A stretch of 64,000 nt of DNA from Neodothiora populina (GCF_041146345.1 NW_027191415.1:930001-994000), one strand, 5' to 3'. Counted from the stretch's first letter, positions 13,116-26,603 are shown. The notes: generated by a model not told the origin, from the letters alone. A program made the numbers and translations.

Positions 13116-14538
13116 ATGACGAGGTTACAGGAAGCGTCAGGTTACCTGCCTGTTCTGGGCGCTGCCTCTTGTGCGCTTTTGGCCTATACCATATATTCGC
13201 GCTCAGGCACCCATACTCGTGATGTTATCATTCGGTCGCCATTGACAGATGTACTACGCCTGCCGTCTCGGGACAGAGACCGTCTGCCATATCCTCCGGA
13301 TGGGCTCCCCGGCGGTCGGACTGTCGATTCGCCTTACGGTAGTGTTCGGGTACACGAGTGGGGACCTGAGAATGGACGTAAAGTGCTTTTGATACATGGT
13401 ATCAGTACTCCTGCGGTTGCGCTGGCATCGGTGGCCGAAGAACTTGTCGAAAACGGATGTAGAGTCATGTTATTTGGTAAGTTTATCTCATCGTTTATTC
13501 TGACATCGCTCTGGACAGGGTCGCCCTACTGCGCCATTTGATCTTAACGACAATTTATGCGCTTAATTGGCGATATTGACAGATACCGGTGTCGATGAGT
13601 TTGGACACTTTACCAGTACTGATTTCTCGATATATGCGCTGAAGTGTTATACAATTTCCTATAGAAGAGAACTACTAATGTATGCTCAAATAGATATCTT
13701 TGGGCGCGGATACTCGTGCACGCCGAATCCCATCACAGAACCACATGATATGAAACTATTCACGAGTCAGATCCTGATCGTTCTGGCCTCGTCTCCTTTG
13801 GCATGGACTGGCGAGGAAGGCTTCTCACTAATAGGCTATTCTCTCGGGGGCGGCATAGCAGCCACATTCACGTCCTATTTTCCAACACTAGTAGATTCTC
13901 TCATCCTGGTCGCCCCTGCAGGACTCATCCGCCAAAACCGAATCTCATGGACCAGCAAACTGCTCTACGAAGGAGTTCTCCCGCATTCCCTGGTTTCGTG
14001 GCTCGTGTGGCGCCGACTCGGAGGGCACGAGAAGAAGACACGCGAAACCAAGACCATCGAACCAATAGACCTAGTCGACGAAGAGACGACAACCTCTCAT
14101 CCAGCCCTGTCACCAGATTCCCAAGCGCCCCTACGACCTCGGAGACCCTCCGTGTCCGTGGCAGATGCAGTCGGCTGGCAGCTTCACAACCACAAGGGCT
14201 TTCTGCCCGCCTTCATCTCGAGCATCCAGCATGCGCCTATCAGCAATCAACACGAGCACTGGCGACGCATAGGATCGCGACTCCGTGCACAACGCATCCA
14301 GACAGCTCTTAATCCTCAAGACAGCAGCAGGCAAGGACTGCGCGAGGGCAAAGTGCTGATGATTCTGGGCCGCGCCGACGATATCATATTGGCAGACCAG
14401 GTCTCGGAAGACGCTCGCGGGGCTCTGGGCGAGGAAAACGTGGATATCAAAGTGTTGGAAGGCGGACACGATATTCCGATTGTGCGAGCGCAGGCTGTCG
14501 CGAAGAGCATTACAGACTTCTGGAGCGAGTGCGAGTAG
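13116..14538 (+). CDS. Alpha/beta-fold hydrolase with N-terminal hydrophobic anchor
   Basis: Exons 13116-13476 and 13694-14538 (217-nt intron GTAAGT...CTAAT...TAG) join to give RVMLFDIFGRGYS. HGIS oxyanion motif, GYSLGG nucleophile elbow, D in GRADDII, H in GGHDIP. Confidence 0.85.
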
Positions 14539-14830
14539 ACTTGGTCGAACAGTGCATCACTGGAAGAAGGAGAATGGAGAAGTATACATCTCGCGAGCAT
14601 CATGCACTTCTCTTCCTGATTTAGACTTCCATCAACACGTCCCTCGTCTCGACGCAACAACATGTACATACTATACATAACCACATAGGCATCCTTCACA
14701 TACATAAAGCACTGCTCATCTATTCATAAATCCTCCTAAATACACAAAACCATTCCCGAGAATAAACCGCATCACCTTATACAACATGCTTGTGCAAGTG
14801 GTATAGCGTTAATACAGATGACAAATGCTC

Positions 14831-14855
14831 ATATATATATATATATATATATATA
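14831..14855. repeat. (TA)n microsatellite
   Basis: About 12 AT units between convergent 3' ends. Confidence 0.85.
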
Positions 14856-15821
14856 CATGGACACCGTGTGCGCTGCCGTATGTGCCTTGTTCACTTTTCC
14901 TGATGTACTGTGCATACCTTACATGTGCATGATGTACGACGCACGTACACACGCAGACGCACACAGGTCGTGGACCACGCCATCATACTGCTTTCCTGAA
15001 TCCCGGCTTATGTTTTGAGTGAAGATACATGTATATATGTATGTATGTAGCTGTGCGTCCATGAACGTCTGCAATCTGCAGGGAAGCGAAAAGGGGCAGA
15101 CAGGGTTTCGTCTTATGCCTCTCGTTGCGATTACGGCAACCACAGATGACGGGAACAACCTTGAAGGAGAATTTGGAAGACACAGAACGATTATTTGCGA
15201 GGAAATGCATTTTTTTTTCTTGCTTATAATCTGGTTATAAAGGGGGCGAACCATGGGTATCATATTTTTCGACTACCCAAGGTGCTCTGCCTCTCTCTCT
15301 GCTTCCTGCTTTCTGCCTTTTCTCTCTATCGAATGAGAAGAGAAAAGAAAAACGTCTGGTCTTCCTACTTTCCTTCCATTCCCTCAATTTGATTCTCTTG
15401 GTGGCTAAAGAGCAACTTCCTCGGGGCGACCTAATGCGGCCAAGCCTTGCCACCATCCACTCACTCGGCGACGCGAGCAAATAAATCCTTTTGTAATAAA
15501 AGCTCTCTTTTTTTTGGTAAAGCCAAAATGATGTGCTACAAGGGAGCAACATGCATATGGCGTATTGAACATTTTGCATGAGATCGCCGGCGACCGGAGA
15601 GGGTCGACTTTGGTCTCGGAAAAACAGGAGAAACGCTAAGAAATACTAGAACATCGATGCAGATAAAAATCGCTCGCAACGCTGGATAATGGGGGGGAAA
15701 ATGCAATAATGCTGATACATAATGGTACAGCGAGTGAACGTGATGCTGGTCTTGCCAGTTTTGGATCATGAAGGTAAAAAGTGTGAGATATGCGAAAAGA
15801 TTGCCACAGGCGAAATCACTC

Positions 15822-17102
15822 TCACGGATATTGCGATGGTTGATACGAGGCGTAGACGTATTGCTGCGGTAGACCTGCTTGTGGGGTCGGCGTCACACAC
15901 CCGTGGATGCGGGCTGGCATGCCCTGGCTGTAGGCAGCATTGGCATTACCATAGTAGTCCTTGTCTGGTGTGATCGGGGGAGTCAAGACACCGACCGGAG
16001 CCATGGTATAACCGGGCTTCTGTGGCGTTTGAGGCTCGAGGTGACCATCAACCATCATAGCCTGTGATTCTGGTGCGGGCGAGGGTGCAGAGAACTGTGC
16101 GTTTTGCTTTGCCATGATGGCTGCTTGTTTTTGCATGAAACGGTCCACTGTTGTTGAGACAGTCGACAAGCTCGGAGAAGCGTATTTGCGGAACAGTGCT
16201 TGAGAAGGCTGAGAGAGGTGTGACGAAAGCGCAAGTACAACGTTGGAGTCGTAGCGGGCGGCCCACTCTGGCTGGACCAGTTGGGGTCTACCCAGAACGT
16301 ATCGAGCAAGTGCCAGCGAGGAGCGAGCCATGACTGAAGGTCTGACCGAGATGAACTCTTTGTGGTACAAAGCCATCTCTGAGATGTATTGAGCCATGTG
16401 GTCAACCTCGGGGTCGTATCCGATTTCCGAGAGGGCAGTCTCCAAGAAGCTGGTGACAGTCGGGTGACCGACGATCCAGTTCAGAGTCTGTAGCACGTGC
16501 CATTCCATCTGGGTGAACATGTCGTCGTCGTACAGTGAGCAGCACATTGACTTGAGCTCTCTGATGGTGGGTACACGTTCCTTTCGATCACCATACTTAG
16601 CGGCAATGAGTAGCGAGGCGCAACCGACAAGTTGGTAGTGACGCTTGTAGACAACTCTTTTGGAGCAATATCTGTCGAGCAAGTTGACGGCTAGGAAGAG
16701 AGTTTCGGGCAGGAGCTGGAAGGCGTGATGTGCTTCTAAAAGGAAGTCAAGCAGATAGGGTCGCATGTACCATTGGATCTCGCTCTGGATCTCGATGGAG
16801 TTGATGTCCGGCATCGTCTCAGACTAAAAGGAGGTCAGTGACATGATACAACAAGCAAGGTGGCAGCAATGGTCACATACCTCCATGTGCTCCATGTGGT
16901 CCAGGACGTCCTCGAGGTATTCGTCGCTTGTCAATTGTGAAAGCTCTTGTGCCATGTGTCTCTGCTGGACTTTTGCTATTGCGCGTGCCCTTTCCCGGTC
17001 TGCAGCAGCGCGAGCGAAGATGCCATCATCGTCGTCGTGCTTCTCGACAAAGTATGTGTCGCAATAACCATAGTTGGTCATGGGGGCGGTTTGGCAAGCC
17101 AT
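15822..17102 (-). CDS. G1/S-specific cyclin (fungal CLN1/CCN1/PucA type)
   Basis: Exons 17102-16881 and 16823-15822; intron GTATGT...CTGAC...TAG. Cyclin box MRPYLLDFLLEAH...ETLFLAVNLLDRYCSKRVVYKRHYQLVGCASLLIAAKY; TP-rich C-terminal tail (TPQK, TPPITP). Confidence 0.9.
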
Positions 17103-19833
17103 GTTGTTCGGTGCAATTAAAAAAACGCTGATAAGATGACTCGGAGAGCCAAGTTGTTGGGGGTATAAAGAATGGATACAGTTGGCAAAGGATTAAAGAC
17201 TGGCAGAGCGACTGGATGAAATCGCGGAAGAAAGACTGTAATTAGTTGGATAAGTTTGTTGCAGAGTGACCTGGAACTATTCTGACTACAGCGGATGGCT
17301 GAAGAGAAGTAGTTGCGAGTCACGTGGGATTGCCTGGAAGCTACAAGTAAAGATTAGCATTGCGCGCCAGAAGCATGACAGGCGTGTGCATGCATACCTT
17401 GAACAGTTCGCAGAGATGGTGGTGATCCCTTGCAAAAAAGATGAAGGTCGACTGAAGCTGGAATGCCGCAGGCGAAGCTCGACTGATGTAGAAGGCTTAA
17501 TGGTAGTAGATAGCGAGCTAACGCCTCCACTATGATTACTGGTAATGTCGGGTAGGTTCCGGTCTAGGTAGACAGGAGGAACGTGGGTGTCTTGGGAATG
17601 TCAGTCACGTCGGGACATGCCAAGCTTAACGTGATAGGCGATACGCAAGGCGGCAGGACGGCAGTGTTCAGCAGTACTGACCTTGATTATCAGTTGTGAA
17701 CAAGGGCTAGCCTTGATATGAGTGCAGCAGTGTGTTGAAAAACCATGTGCAAGTTACTGTAGCCGAAGTGGTGATGCTGTCAGGAAAAAAGAGATTAGTA
17801 TAAAGTTGCAACGATTGAATGAAAAGAACAAATGACGCAGCAGACACAAGCTGTGAGCAACATGTGTTTCCAGAGGTGAGGTAGACTGTCGAAATGAAGG
17901 TGGTTGGAGATTGAAGGTCTGGATCCAGTAAAGGTGGGGCCAAGGGTGCGCTGAGCTTAATCTCGCACAGAGCAAACGAAGAATGCTTTGGGGTGATATC
18001 CCACATTCATGACTTTGAAATAAAGATCCTTATTCTTCATGTCGTGGATAAGGCAGGTTCAACGGTGTAACGAGGATAGATCAATATCTAGCCAAGGTGT
18101 GACGGATTGAATGTGATCATGTCGGGAGGTGACATGAACACGAGGGGGAACGACATGGCCAGAACAGGGGATTCATTCTTCAGTCAATTCGACGTGACGT
18201 GTTCGAAGTATCATGTGTGAAGGAAAGACATTCGGAAAAATGACTTTCTTTTGCACCCCTCTGCGGTTGGCCGTGAAAATATAGAACGGATGAAAGTACG
18301 ACCAATCAAGGACCTCTCGTTAATGTCGACATTGTTCTCCACCGCCCGTCACTCCTTTAACTCTTGATCATAGTTTTTCCGTCAACACTCAGGTCCCTAT
18401 ATGAGACAGGTGTAATGCAAGTTGAATCCATATGGCAGCCAGTTCGAGAATATAGGTGCATGTCGAAAGTTGAACTCCGGTCGATGCAGGTGGAAAAAGA
18501 CAAGGGAATATACGGTGAGCACGAGCAGCAAGCTTACCTTTGGCTTTAGAGACTTGGAGGTTTGGAAGAAACCTTTGCTTGATGGAGTCCAGACTGCTAG
18601 GGACAGGATAGTCCTGGTGAGGTGATGTTGGATTAACGTCGAGGACAAGGTCAAGTTGAAGTCGACAAGAGACCTGGTGAGGTGAGGTCCCAGAGGTAGG
18701 CGGAGAGGTTTGGGTAGAGACGGGACGGGAGTCTACGGTGGAGGATTTTGAATGTCGAATAGAAGAGAGCCAGGCACCAACGCTTATTTGACCCTCTATT
18801 CCATTGACAATCAAGAGGTGAGGAAGATGAAGGGGCGAGGAGAGAGTGGTTAAGGAGAAACGGTTCAAGTCGCGCTTCATACAAGACGTGTTCGTGGGAC
18901 GGGCTGGCTTCGTCGATTGTACAAGCCCCCTGCACGTTAGTTGCGCTAATTGACATCGGCCTCGTTGGACCATGCTTATGCAATTGCATCCACCTGCTTT
19001 ATCCTCTTTCGCTGCTATTCACTATGTATTTACTATGGTTGTGCTCATGATATGTATGTTTGATTCTGATTTTCTCTGTACGCTTCGATTCTCTTGCCAG
19101 TGTTACATCTTTCCTTTCCACACCGCTGCCTGCACGCCCTCAGACAGACCGACATGACAAGTCACCACTGTAATTGGCTCACCGAACGCTGCCGGACTAA
19201 TATTATCTTGACGATTCAGATCCGGCGAATCTCGCTTGTGCAACATGCCGTTGGACGACGCACCTATCCTAGAATCAGGATCACAGCTCGGAACGGCAGC
19301 TGAGTGGCTCACGTTGCCCGGCGAATCTCCTTCGCTGTCGCGCTCTTGTCATAATTAAAACTACCTAGTATTGCCTTTTTCCTTCTCATACGAGACGCGA
19401 CCACCTGGCAACACGCTAAATCAAAAGGCAAATAGCCTTCGATGTTCTCACATCCCCACATGCCTAATCCCAGACTTTACCTAGCGCTCGTTCTTGGCCT
19501 CAAGCCTTTACCTCCCAATTGCCCAGTTACCTATCAAGCCCCTGTCTGCACATCTGGCGCCTCACTTGTACAAGCTGGCTGAAGCCCCATTTCCTGGGTG
19601 CGCCGATGCAGTGGCCTGAACCAATGCAAGCACTGCCGTTTGTGAAGCTTTTCCACTTTCGCGTCCCAGCGCTCTCTTTGCTCGTCAAGAGCCTTGTACC
19701 TTATCTTTTCTTGGTCGCAGACCACTCACCTAAACCTAAACGTCACTTTTCCTGTCACGCATAAGCACGCTATCTCTCGTATATCAATTCAACCCACCCC
19801 CTGAGCATCAAACTGGCACTTTCACCTGTCTAT

Positions 19834-20234
19834 TTTCGCGGATCATCACGCTCTTCTGAAACCCCGTCTTAGACCTGTGCACCAGCATATCGTAACATTG
19901 TAACACCTTTACCGTATTTCCGCAACGCGAAATTAGTACTGTAGCATATATTTAGCTTACCCCGGGATCGTAGATGTGGCTAGAGGCAAATACTGTACAG
20001 TCTTGTCGACTAGTCCGCAAACGTGAAATGTCAAACATGATACAGTATATCTCTTGCCGTGGGTACTGTACCTCAACAGCACCAGCATCCTGCCACATCG
20101 CCGAGTCGTGTGCTCTGCAAAAGCCGGTTGCCATTGTTGGCACGACGGCCGAGGCTCCGGCAAAGTACAAAGTAGATACCTACCACTTTGAGGCAGGAGT
20201 ACCGTTGGATGCACGTCGCGTGTCAAACGCGAAA
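19834..20234. promoter_or_regulatory. Cluster of SCB/MCB-like CGCGAAA elements upstream of the cyclin
   Basis: TTTCGCG at 19834-19840, ACGCGAAA at 19925-19932 and 20227-20234, TCGCGT at 20216-20221. Confidence 0.45.
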
Positions 20235-21689
20235 CCTCGAAGAGCACTTTACCGGTCTGGCTTGGCTTCACCACTACTGTGCTTCCGTGCCATTACGATC
20301 GTTACTTTCGAGGATTTGATCCATCGCCCCGCTCTAGCCACCAATATTAACCTTACCTTGGTCATTCCTTGCTTCTTTCTTGTACAAACTGTGCATAAAA
20401 AGAGGCTTTACGCACGCAGAATGTAGATTCATTGCTGCGAGCTCGCCTCGAGTCTCTCACTTTTTCGTCACACAGCGTATTCAAATCACGCCGGTCAGCA
20501 CGCAACAAGCCTTCCGACCCAGGGATTTCCACCAATGTGACCACGACCGTCTCCATCCGGCCTTCAGAAGATTCGCGCACAAGCTCCACGGTGCTCACAA
20601 GACGTAATTCTTACTCAACCCGAGTCTGATTTACTTCGGCAACACTCTCTTGCCCACATGCATAGCTCCAAGCAGTAAGAAAATCTCTTCAAATAGTGCT
20701 TTCTGTCATACTTGCATTGTATTGTCGTGGCTTGTTCTCCCGAGCTGTATATCTTATGTCGCTCATTATTATTATCACATATAAAGTCCAGCATACCTTG
20801 TATAGGTTTGCATAACAGTTTGGCTTTTGCAGGGTGTCAGCCATCGTGTCGTCACGACTCAAGGCCGCTGTCGAGTCTTAGATCTTATCCCAACCATGGA
20901 TACATGTATCCACTGCTTGTCTCCAACAGCCCCTCTTTCGTAAAACTCACCAGCCGTCGGGGACAGAGTCGATAACAAACAGTTGGGCTGGTACTACGGT
21001 TCCCCTCGGAGTAGCCGCTGTACAGACCATCGCACCTTGTCTTTCGTCAGTGCAGTCAAATCCAGCTTTCGGTCATGCCTTGTTTCATGGCTGTCGTCAA
21101 AAGACCAAGCAATCTAGGCAATGCCGAAATCACCCATGCCATCAAAGCAAGCCTGCCGATCTCAACATTGCTAGCTGTCACTCAGATTACTTGGTCTCAT
21201 GAACATGGTGCTTACGACTTTGCTCTTGGCGTTGTCATTGACGATCATCACACTGTAATCCTCGCGCCATCGGCTCATGTTTGAAGAATATCAGTCTTGT
21301 ATCTAAGGAATATAGGCGCTGCAATTGTCCACCAGCGCTGCATCCTAGAATCGTCAAGAGACAGCGATCGCTACTATATGAAGCAAGCCAGGAGCGATCG
21401 GACCACCCATCACATCACGTGTTACTTTATTACCATCTAATATATTGGGTTCCACTTAGTCATCCATCCAATGGTATTGAACATGGTTGGCCGGGGGAAG
21501 TACTGCTAATCCGCCTCTACCAGCACTCTACGATACAAGTCTACATTCACGCCACAGACTCGTCCAATCGATGCCATCCCTTGGTGGTGTGCGTGTCGAT
21601 TACTATTTAATGACATTGTCTACCGGATGCAGCTCATCTCTATCATCTCAACATAAGTCCAGCAGTCTATCAACTTCGGTCCTCGTCCA

Positions 21690-23246
21690 CTATGCAAGAC
21701 ATTGATTCCAATTTCCTCCATTCTCGACGAATGTGAGACTGTCGACGAACGAACTCAACGTACACGTGCCAAAGGCGTCACTCCCACAAGAACGTAGAGG
21801 CAACACCCGGTCGTTGATGATGACTCTCACCCGTTCCTCATGGCCCACGCATTGCATCTTCTCGAAATAGGCTCGCGCTGCGAACGGGACAGTCCATGCA
21901 GAAGAGTAACCATTAGTCTGCGTCGTGGGCTCAACAGTGGTATTGGACAATGGCGCTGTATCATTATACAGCCCAAGGGCGAAGAAAATACTCGTCATGT
22001 CGCTGTCGTGAGAGAAGTCGGCATATAGAGGCCTTCCGAGAGGGAAACTAGTCCCGCTACCGTCGAGCGAGCTATTAGTCGAGGTGTGATCAACCACGGG
22101 CTTTCCTGTCATTCTCGCAATCAATTCGTTGCTAAATCCAACACCTTGGGTCGGTCCAAGTGGGTTGCCGGACCCGTAGCCGTAAAACTTATTGAGAGAC
22201 AGGTAGTAGTCATACGAGCGCCACTCTTCTGTCGTGAAAAGGTCACAGAAGGCCGAGATCTCTCCGTTTGGGGATGCGACTGTATTGAAAGGACACAAGT
22301 CCATGACATAGATTGCCTCCGTCTGCGTGAGGTTCACACCAAGAGTGGCACTGAGGCGAGCTTGAAGAGGTGGAACGAAGACGTTGGCAAATTGCTTTTG
22401 TGCATCGCTTGCGATGCCGGAGTCATGACCTGCCTCGAAAGAAGTACAGAGTCCGTGGTTGAGAGTGTTGTTCAGTCCATCGGCTTCTGGAATGACTACG
22501 TCGATTTTCGGGTAGTCCTTGGTCCCATCATCACCAATTTTGGCATGAGTAAAGCCTTGCGTCCAGTTCTGAGCAGACTCTACGACACGAGCTTCGCCCG
22601 AACTTCTGACAAAGGGAGTGCTGTCTCGTGCAAGCTCGCTGTACCGTGTGTAGAAATCGGCCCCCGAGTCCACGAGCTCCTGCTGACCGAAAGTGGTTAA
22701 TTGATCAGCGCCAAGGGTATACCTGTAGTCCGATATGAAAGCGTATTTCCCGGTCAAGTTCTTTGAACCTGCTTGGATCTTTGCTATCGTCTTGTTGTAC
22801 GCTGCTGTTTTCGAAGCAGTTGGATCTCTAGCTCCATGTCGAGACAGGACCTGAGCAAAGGTAATTGTGCACTGTGGTGGCACCTCCGCCGAGATTTCAG
22901 ATGGGACGCTGAAGAAGGGACTATATTGGCCCCAGAGATGCGATATGTCTGTCTCGCATGGTCCACTGTGATTCGATGAGTTGCGGAGCAGGCCTGCAGG
23001 AATGGTGTAGGCCGAGCTATAGATTCAATCTATCAGTACTGATGGACAAGATGTCAGATAAGTATGGAGCTGCACTAACCTCAAGCTCGAAATAAGACCA
23101 AATACACCAATGAATGTGCAAGTGGCGACCATGATGAACACCAACCTTCCACGACTAACACTGACTATGTGAGAAGACGCACGCGTTTTCCCGTACCTGT
23201 ACTGACGACGATGAGAAGAGGCCCTGGCTACCACAGGCTTTCCCAT
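21690..23246 (-). CDS. phyA: 3-phytase / histidine acid phosphatase (PhyA type)
   Basis: Intron 23079-23017 (GTTAGT...TAG); exon 2 reads ...SHLWGQYSPFFSV...; catalytic RHGARDP and DFSHD motifs; C-terminal GGNWNQC. Start is uncertain: in-frame ATGs at 23261, 23246 and just ahead of the hydrophobic segment. Confidence 0.88.
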
Positions 23247-23433
23247 CTCGGCGAGCAGCATTATATACCACGACCGCTCCACCCTCTCTATCTCTCAACC
23301 TGCCGCAAAATCCGGCATTCGTCCCCGAGAACTATACTACTACTACTCGACAAACCTCGCGGACCATGTTGATCAAACCTTCTTTTACCTCGGAGGGCAT
23401 GAGGATAGGCAGGGCAGCAGCCAGTAGAACGGA

Positions 23434-23442
23434 GCACGTGGG
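23434..23442. promoter_or_regulatory. GCACGTGGG, putative Pho4/NUC-1/PalcA-type E-box upstream of the phytase
   Basis: CACGTG at 23435-23440 with G/GG flanks, about 190 bp upstream of the phytase start. Confidence 0.45.
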
Positions 23443-24042
23443 GTTTGGTTTGGGTGCTGGTACGCGCCGAGCGTTTTCACTGTTCCCCACATTTCCCATC
23501 AATCTCTCACCTACTGCGTGCCCGGTACAGTAGGCCGTGACCGACCGGCGTGGGACACTGTCTCTGTGTCTCGGAAGACATTGGGCCTATTCTTACCACA
23601 TTAATGCCAAGTTCCGTAGAATGGATATCCTTGCGATATGTAGCATTCGAACCCCGATATAGGACTGTCCCTTTTTCTTATTTTTCATTTTTCGATCTCA
23701 GATCAGACTCGAAGGAGAACAAGAGAGAAAACGAAAGAGAAGATGGTTACACATGAATACATATATGTACCTATATTCATTACAACATGCATGCTCGAAC
23801 GGAGGGTCCATGGCGAAACCCTTGCGCCCCTTCGGTCAAAAGCATGCGCTAAGAACTGCGCCCTATTCTTAAAAAAAAACCTTCGATGTGACCATGGATA
23901 TCGTGAGTGAGGGAAAAAGATGAAAAAGAAAAAAAGTTTGTACAAGTGAAAGCCGAAAGCCGCATTGACTGGTGGTATAAGTCGAGGATTCAGAGGGGTT
24001 GAGAATAGCGGGGATTGTCGGGTGGCTGGATGGGAGGTAGCT

Positions 24043-25509
24043 TTAATTCGTTTCTTCGTGTTCGTGGATGACAGACGGAGTATGCGTCCTCGAGACGCTG
24101 CCGAGTCTGGCGGGCTGAGGAGGGTCGATGGGCGAGACGGACTCGGTGATTCGGATGCTGGGCAGGCGATCGATGAGAGGAAGACTGGGAGGGGAAGAAG
24201 ATGAAACGGGAGCTTCCAGGCGGTCTGTCGGGTCATAATGCTCTTCTGTCGTCGTTGCGGGAACCAGCCTTATCGTCGCCGAGTCCTCGTATGGCGGCGC
24301 TTCCTCGAAGCCAACCGAGTCGTAGTGAGGCGGTTCCGGCAGCGGGATCTGACTCTCGCCCAGGTCTGCAGGGTCGATGGATGTCATTTGCGTCGATGGC
24401 CGTCGCAGACTTAGTGATCCTCGGCGGGAATGTGATTGGGCTCGCGAGCGGGTTTGTTGCAGGGAGATGACTTCGAAGTCGCTTGCGTCACGATCAACGC
24501 CTGGTCGGTCGTCGGCGGAGTCGAAACTGGAGCCGGACAGGATGGACGTTGAGGAGTGAGTGCGGTGATGCGTCAGATTCGTCTCTCGAGACATCCAAGG
24601 ACGAGCGGGAGCCATGCCGGCTGCGGCTGCACTGTCGAGAAGGGGTGTGTTGTCGGATTCGGCCGAGTTTGCGCGCACTCGAGTGCCGTCGTGCCTGGCG
24701 ACGCCCAACTCTGCGTAGTTGACGGCGCTGACTCTCCTCTCTCGGGGACGCGAGTTGTGCTCGGCGATCATGGCATTTGATCCGTTGTTCTGGCGATAGG
24801 TGGATCTCAACATGGATTCTTGTCTCAGGGCGTTGAGGGTGACGGTGTCGCCACGGGCTCTCGCTTCTCGTCTTCGTCGCCTGCGCTCTTCCCTCTCGCT
24901 CGCTTCTTGTCTTCTCTGTTGTCGGATGCGCCACAGCGATTCCATTTCTTCCTCTCGCCGGTCCTCTTGCTCTTCGGCTGTCTCGGGAAACTCGACTACT
25001 GTATCCATTCCCTCCCTGTCACCTTCGCGAGCAATGACACCTTCGCCATCGTGCGGGACGGCGGAATAGACCGGGAGAGTTGCGATGCTGCGTATGCTTT
25101 CGTGACGGTTCACGTTGGTCTCGCCTTGACGAGGGACGCTCTGTACTTCGACTGTCGATGTTGGGAGTTGAGAATGCTTGTCGCGACGACTGGATAATTT
25201 GGACTTGATACGCTGGTGCCAACTCTGGCGCTTCCGTCCTTGCGATTCGGCATTCTTAGGATAGCGCAGACTCCGGAGTACATAGTAGACGATGACTCCG
25301 AGTATGATTGCTGCTGCAATACTGACAATAACCTTGAACAGAAGTGGTCAGTAAAGAGCATAATCCGAGCAAAAGACTACCTAGTATCAACTTACAATCA
25401 CGGCCGTTTTCTTCCCGCTACCGCCATTGCCATTAGAAGTGTCGCCGCCATTGCTGCCGGCAGGAGATTGTCGTGCATGTAGCGCACCAGGGCGCATCAA
25501 GGCCATCAT
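24043..25509 (-). CDS. Fungal single-pass membrane protein of unknown function with a long disordered, charged cytosolic tail
   Basis: Exons 25509-25396 and 25332-24043; intron GTAAGT...CTGAC...AAG. TM TAVIVIVSIAAAIILGVIVYYVL; SIRSIATLPVYS; VVEFPETAEEQEDRREEEMESLWRIR charged helix; PPHY motif. Confidence 0.75.
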
Positions 25510-26603
25510 GTAGCCAGAGTCGAAGTGGATTTTCTTACTATTTCTGCGTGTGTACCTGAAGGAACAGAAGCAGGAATCTGACCAAGGAAGGCGAAAAGTG
25601 GATATCAGTCGACTGCGAGGCTGGTGAGAGAGGGAGATAGATAGACGCAAGCACAGACACACGACTGCGCTTCAAGTGACGCAGTGCAGGGCCCGGATTG
25701 TTGGGGCTCCAGAGAGATAATATAGATTTGAATGTTCGATCAGGATCACAGATGAAGTTGCTGGCATATGAAAACAGCAGACTAATTGTGGTGAAATATG
25801 CATGAACAGAAAGAAACGGAACCAGACCAAGCCTACCACGGTAAGATACAATATGAAGCAGAGTATGGGCAATGTGTAGAACAACACTTCAACTTTTCCG
25901 CACGCGATTACGAATACGAGGCTGGGGTGAGTGAGCCTTCGGCATCCGCAACAGAAACCATGGAAGGACTGCAACTCGCAGCTCACAGGCTCAGTGAAGG
26001 GCGGTGGCGCAGACCACTTTAGCTCGGTACTAACAACGACTCGAGCGCTTGTGCCTGGGCCCAAGAACCCTCAAGTGCTGACAGTAGCGGGACTGTGGGC
26101 ATACAGACATACTACCCTCGTGTACGGTTCAGTGCGATCCTGCCAGTAAGAGCTGAGATATCGCACAGTTCTCCATATCTCAACCTTTTGTAATTGTCCA
26201 TCTGCTCAGACAATCGGTCACACACACTGTGAACATATCGTGAGGTAAAAGACAAAGTCCCTTGATTACTGGGTCTGTACCTTACGCAAGCGGAAACTTG
26301 GCAGCCTGGTCTCAAGGTACAAACCCAGTAGCGCTATGCACTTAGAGTCATTTATAGCTCGGTAGATCCGGCAAAGCCCTGCTGATCCGCGGTCCCATCA
26401 GATATGAGAAGCATATGCACGTACCCTATGCTTGACTTCCAGCAACCAAACATAACGCTCAGGGGACAGAGCACTAAACGACAAGGTCAAGTAAAGTAAT
26501 CACAACATTGTTGTCTACAGCATAGCATCAGGGTCTGCTACATTAGTCTTCGGAAGCATCAGAGCTTTTGCTGTCATTGTGGAGACATGCCTGAGACGTT
26601 GTC

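Noticed and set aside
15200..15710. Several UGCAU motifs (Whi3-type) downstream of the cyclin stop
   Set aside because: The 5-mer count is not clearly above background and the 3' UTR extent is unknown.
19974..20629. ORFs of 65-150 aa in the cyclin upstream region
   Set aside because: No codon bias, motifs or convincing splice structure; more likely regulatory DNA.
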